Assembly (NCBI RefSeq): GCF_018977255.1
Contig: NW_024704742.1
Coordinates: 42,844,001-42,908,000 of the forward strand
DNA length: 64,000 nucleotides
Reading direction: 5' to 3'
Source of the DNA: Callorhinchus milii
Taxonomy: Eukaryota
The number at the start of each line of letters is the position of its first letter. Positions within the stretch are counted from its first letter, which is position 1. The notes below the pieces were generated by a model. That model was not told the origin of the DNA, did not search any database, and saw only the letters and a program-made list of their open reading frames with translations. The position numbers and the translations under genes are program-made. Positions 63,080 through 64,000 of the stretch are shown one piece after another.

Positions 63080-63570
63080 CATGATGCTGGGCTATATTGC
63101 TAAATAAATTGAATTTAGGTCCCCAGATATCATACTCAGGCTGTATAGTGGTCTGGTCAAGCCACATCTAAAGTATTGCTCTGGTTCTGGTCACTGCAAC
63201 ATAGGAGAGCTGCCTATGCCCTGGAGGCAATACAGAGGGGAGCACAAGGAAGATTCCCACTGTTAGAGGAATGAGTTATGAGCAACGATTAAACATACTA
63301 GGGCTCTTCAGTCTTGAGAAAAGACATCTGAGTGGTACCTTTTGAATTAATTTTAAATGAATTGAAAAAGTAATCTCAAAACAATAGGATGCACCAAGAC
63401 AGCAGAACGAGAGGACATAGGCTTAGAGTTCTAAGGGTAATTTCAAGGACAGATACCAGCACATTTTTCTTTACCCAGAGGGTAATTAATGACTGGAGCA
63501 GGTTACCAAGAAGGGGGCTGAGGCCAGTACACTGCCCTCATTTCAAAAACAGGTTGGTGCTGTGACGGGA
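63080..63570 (+). mobile_element. CR1 LINE 3' ORF2 fragment
   Basis: Translates with frameshifts to LYSGLVKPHLKYC, MSYEQRLNILGLFSLEKR, RTRGH and FFTQRVINDWSRLP. Confidence 0.85.
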
Positions 63571-64000
63571 AGATGGTCGTGTGGGTGTTCTGGATTTGAT
63601 CAAGTTTTCTAAATCTGCAATTATATTTCATCTTGCTTTCCACTCAATTCTTTTCACTGCAACAAAATTTTATACTAAAATTCACAAATCAAAATTTTAA
63701 ATTGAAAAGACTCGGACACTTTGTTGTACAGCATTGCTTAGAATTTCAAAAGATAGCAAAAGGTAGGTATCTTAGATGGATAAATCATCAACTGTTTTTT
63801 CCTTTATTTTCCTTCTTTTCTTTCTTGTGCAACAATCCCTGACCTTGGCTCCACATCTTTTCCTGATGCATTGCCTTGTCATGTGGTTAATCGAGGATGT
63901 AAAACTGTGTCATATCACTTCAGGGCACAGGATGTTGGAGTACAGAATAATTGCACCACTACACCAAAAGGTTTTCATTAATCCAACTAGTAAGTTCTTG

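Overview
Vertebrate, AT-rich, repeat-dense genomic DNA. The repeat families (L2 LINEs with (GTT)n tails, Deu-domain SINEs, CR1 LINEs, a shark-type Penelope palindrome) point to a cartilaginous fish, most plausibly a chimaera such as Callorhinchus; this is inference, not a database result. I can support no host protein-coding exon. Every recognisable ORF is a transposon fragment (L2 or CR1 reverse transcriptase, hAT transposase C-terminus) or a microsatellite artefact. A CpG-rich, microsatellite-laden block at about 54.6-58.8 kb looks like a promoter/first-exon region, with minus-strand splice donors, so most of the window may be a long first intron. The structures most worth a second look are: (i) an L2-SINE partnership with a covarying shared 3' stem-loop and an apparently chimeric tRNA+CORE-like+Deu-3' SINE in long and short forms; (ii) a palindrome carrying a degenerate minimal hammerhead core on each strand; (iii) two unexplained long fold-backs; (iv) an unclassified old repeat of about 500 bp in five copies. 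I found no convincing wholly new biological system. All alignments were done by eye, and boundaries of old repeats are approximate.
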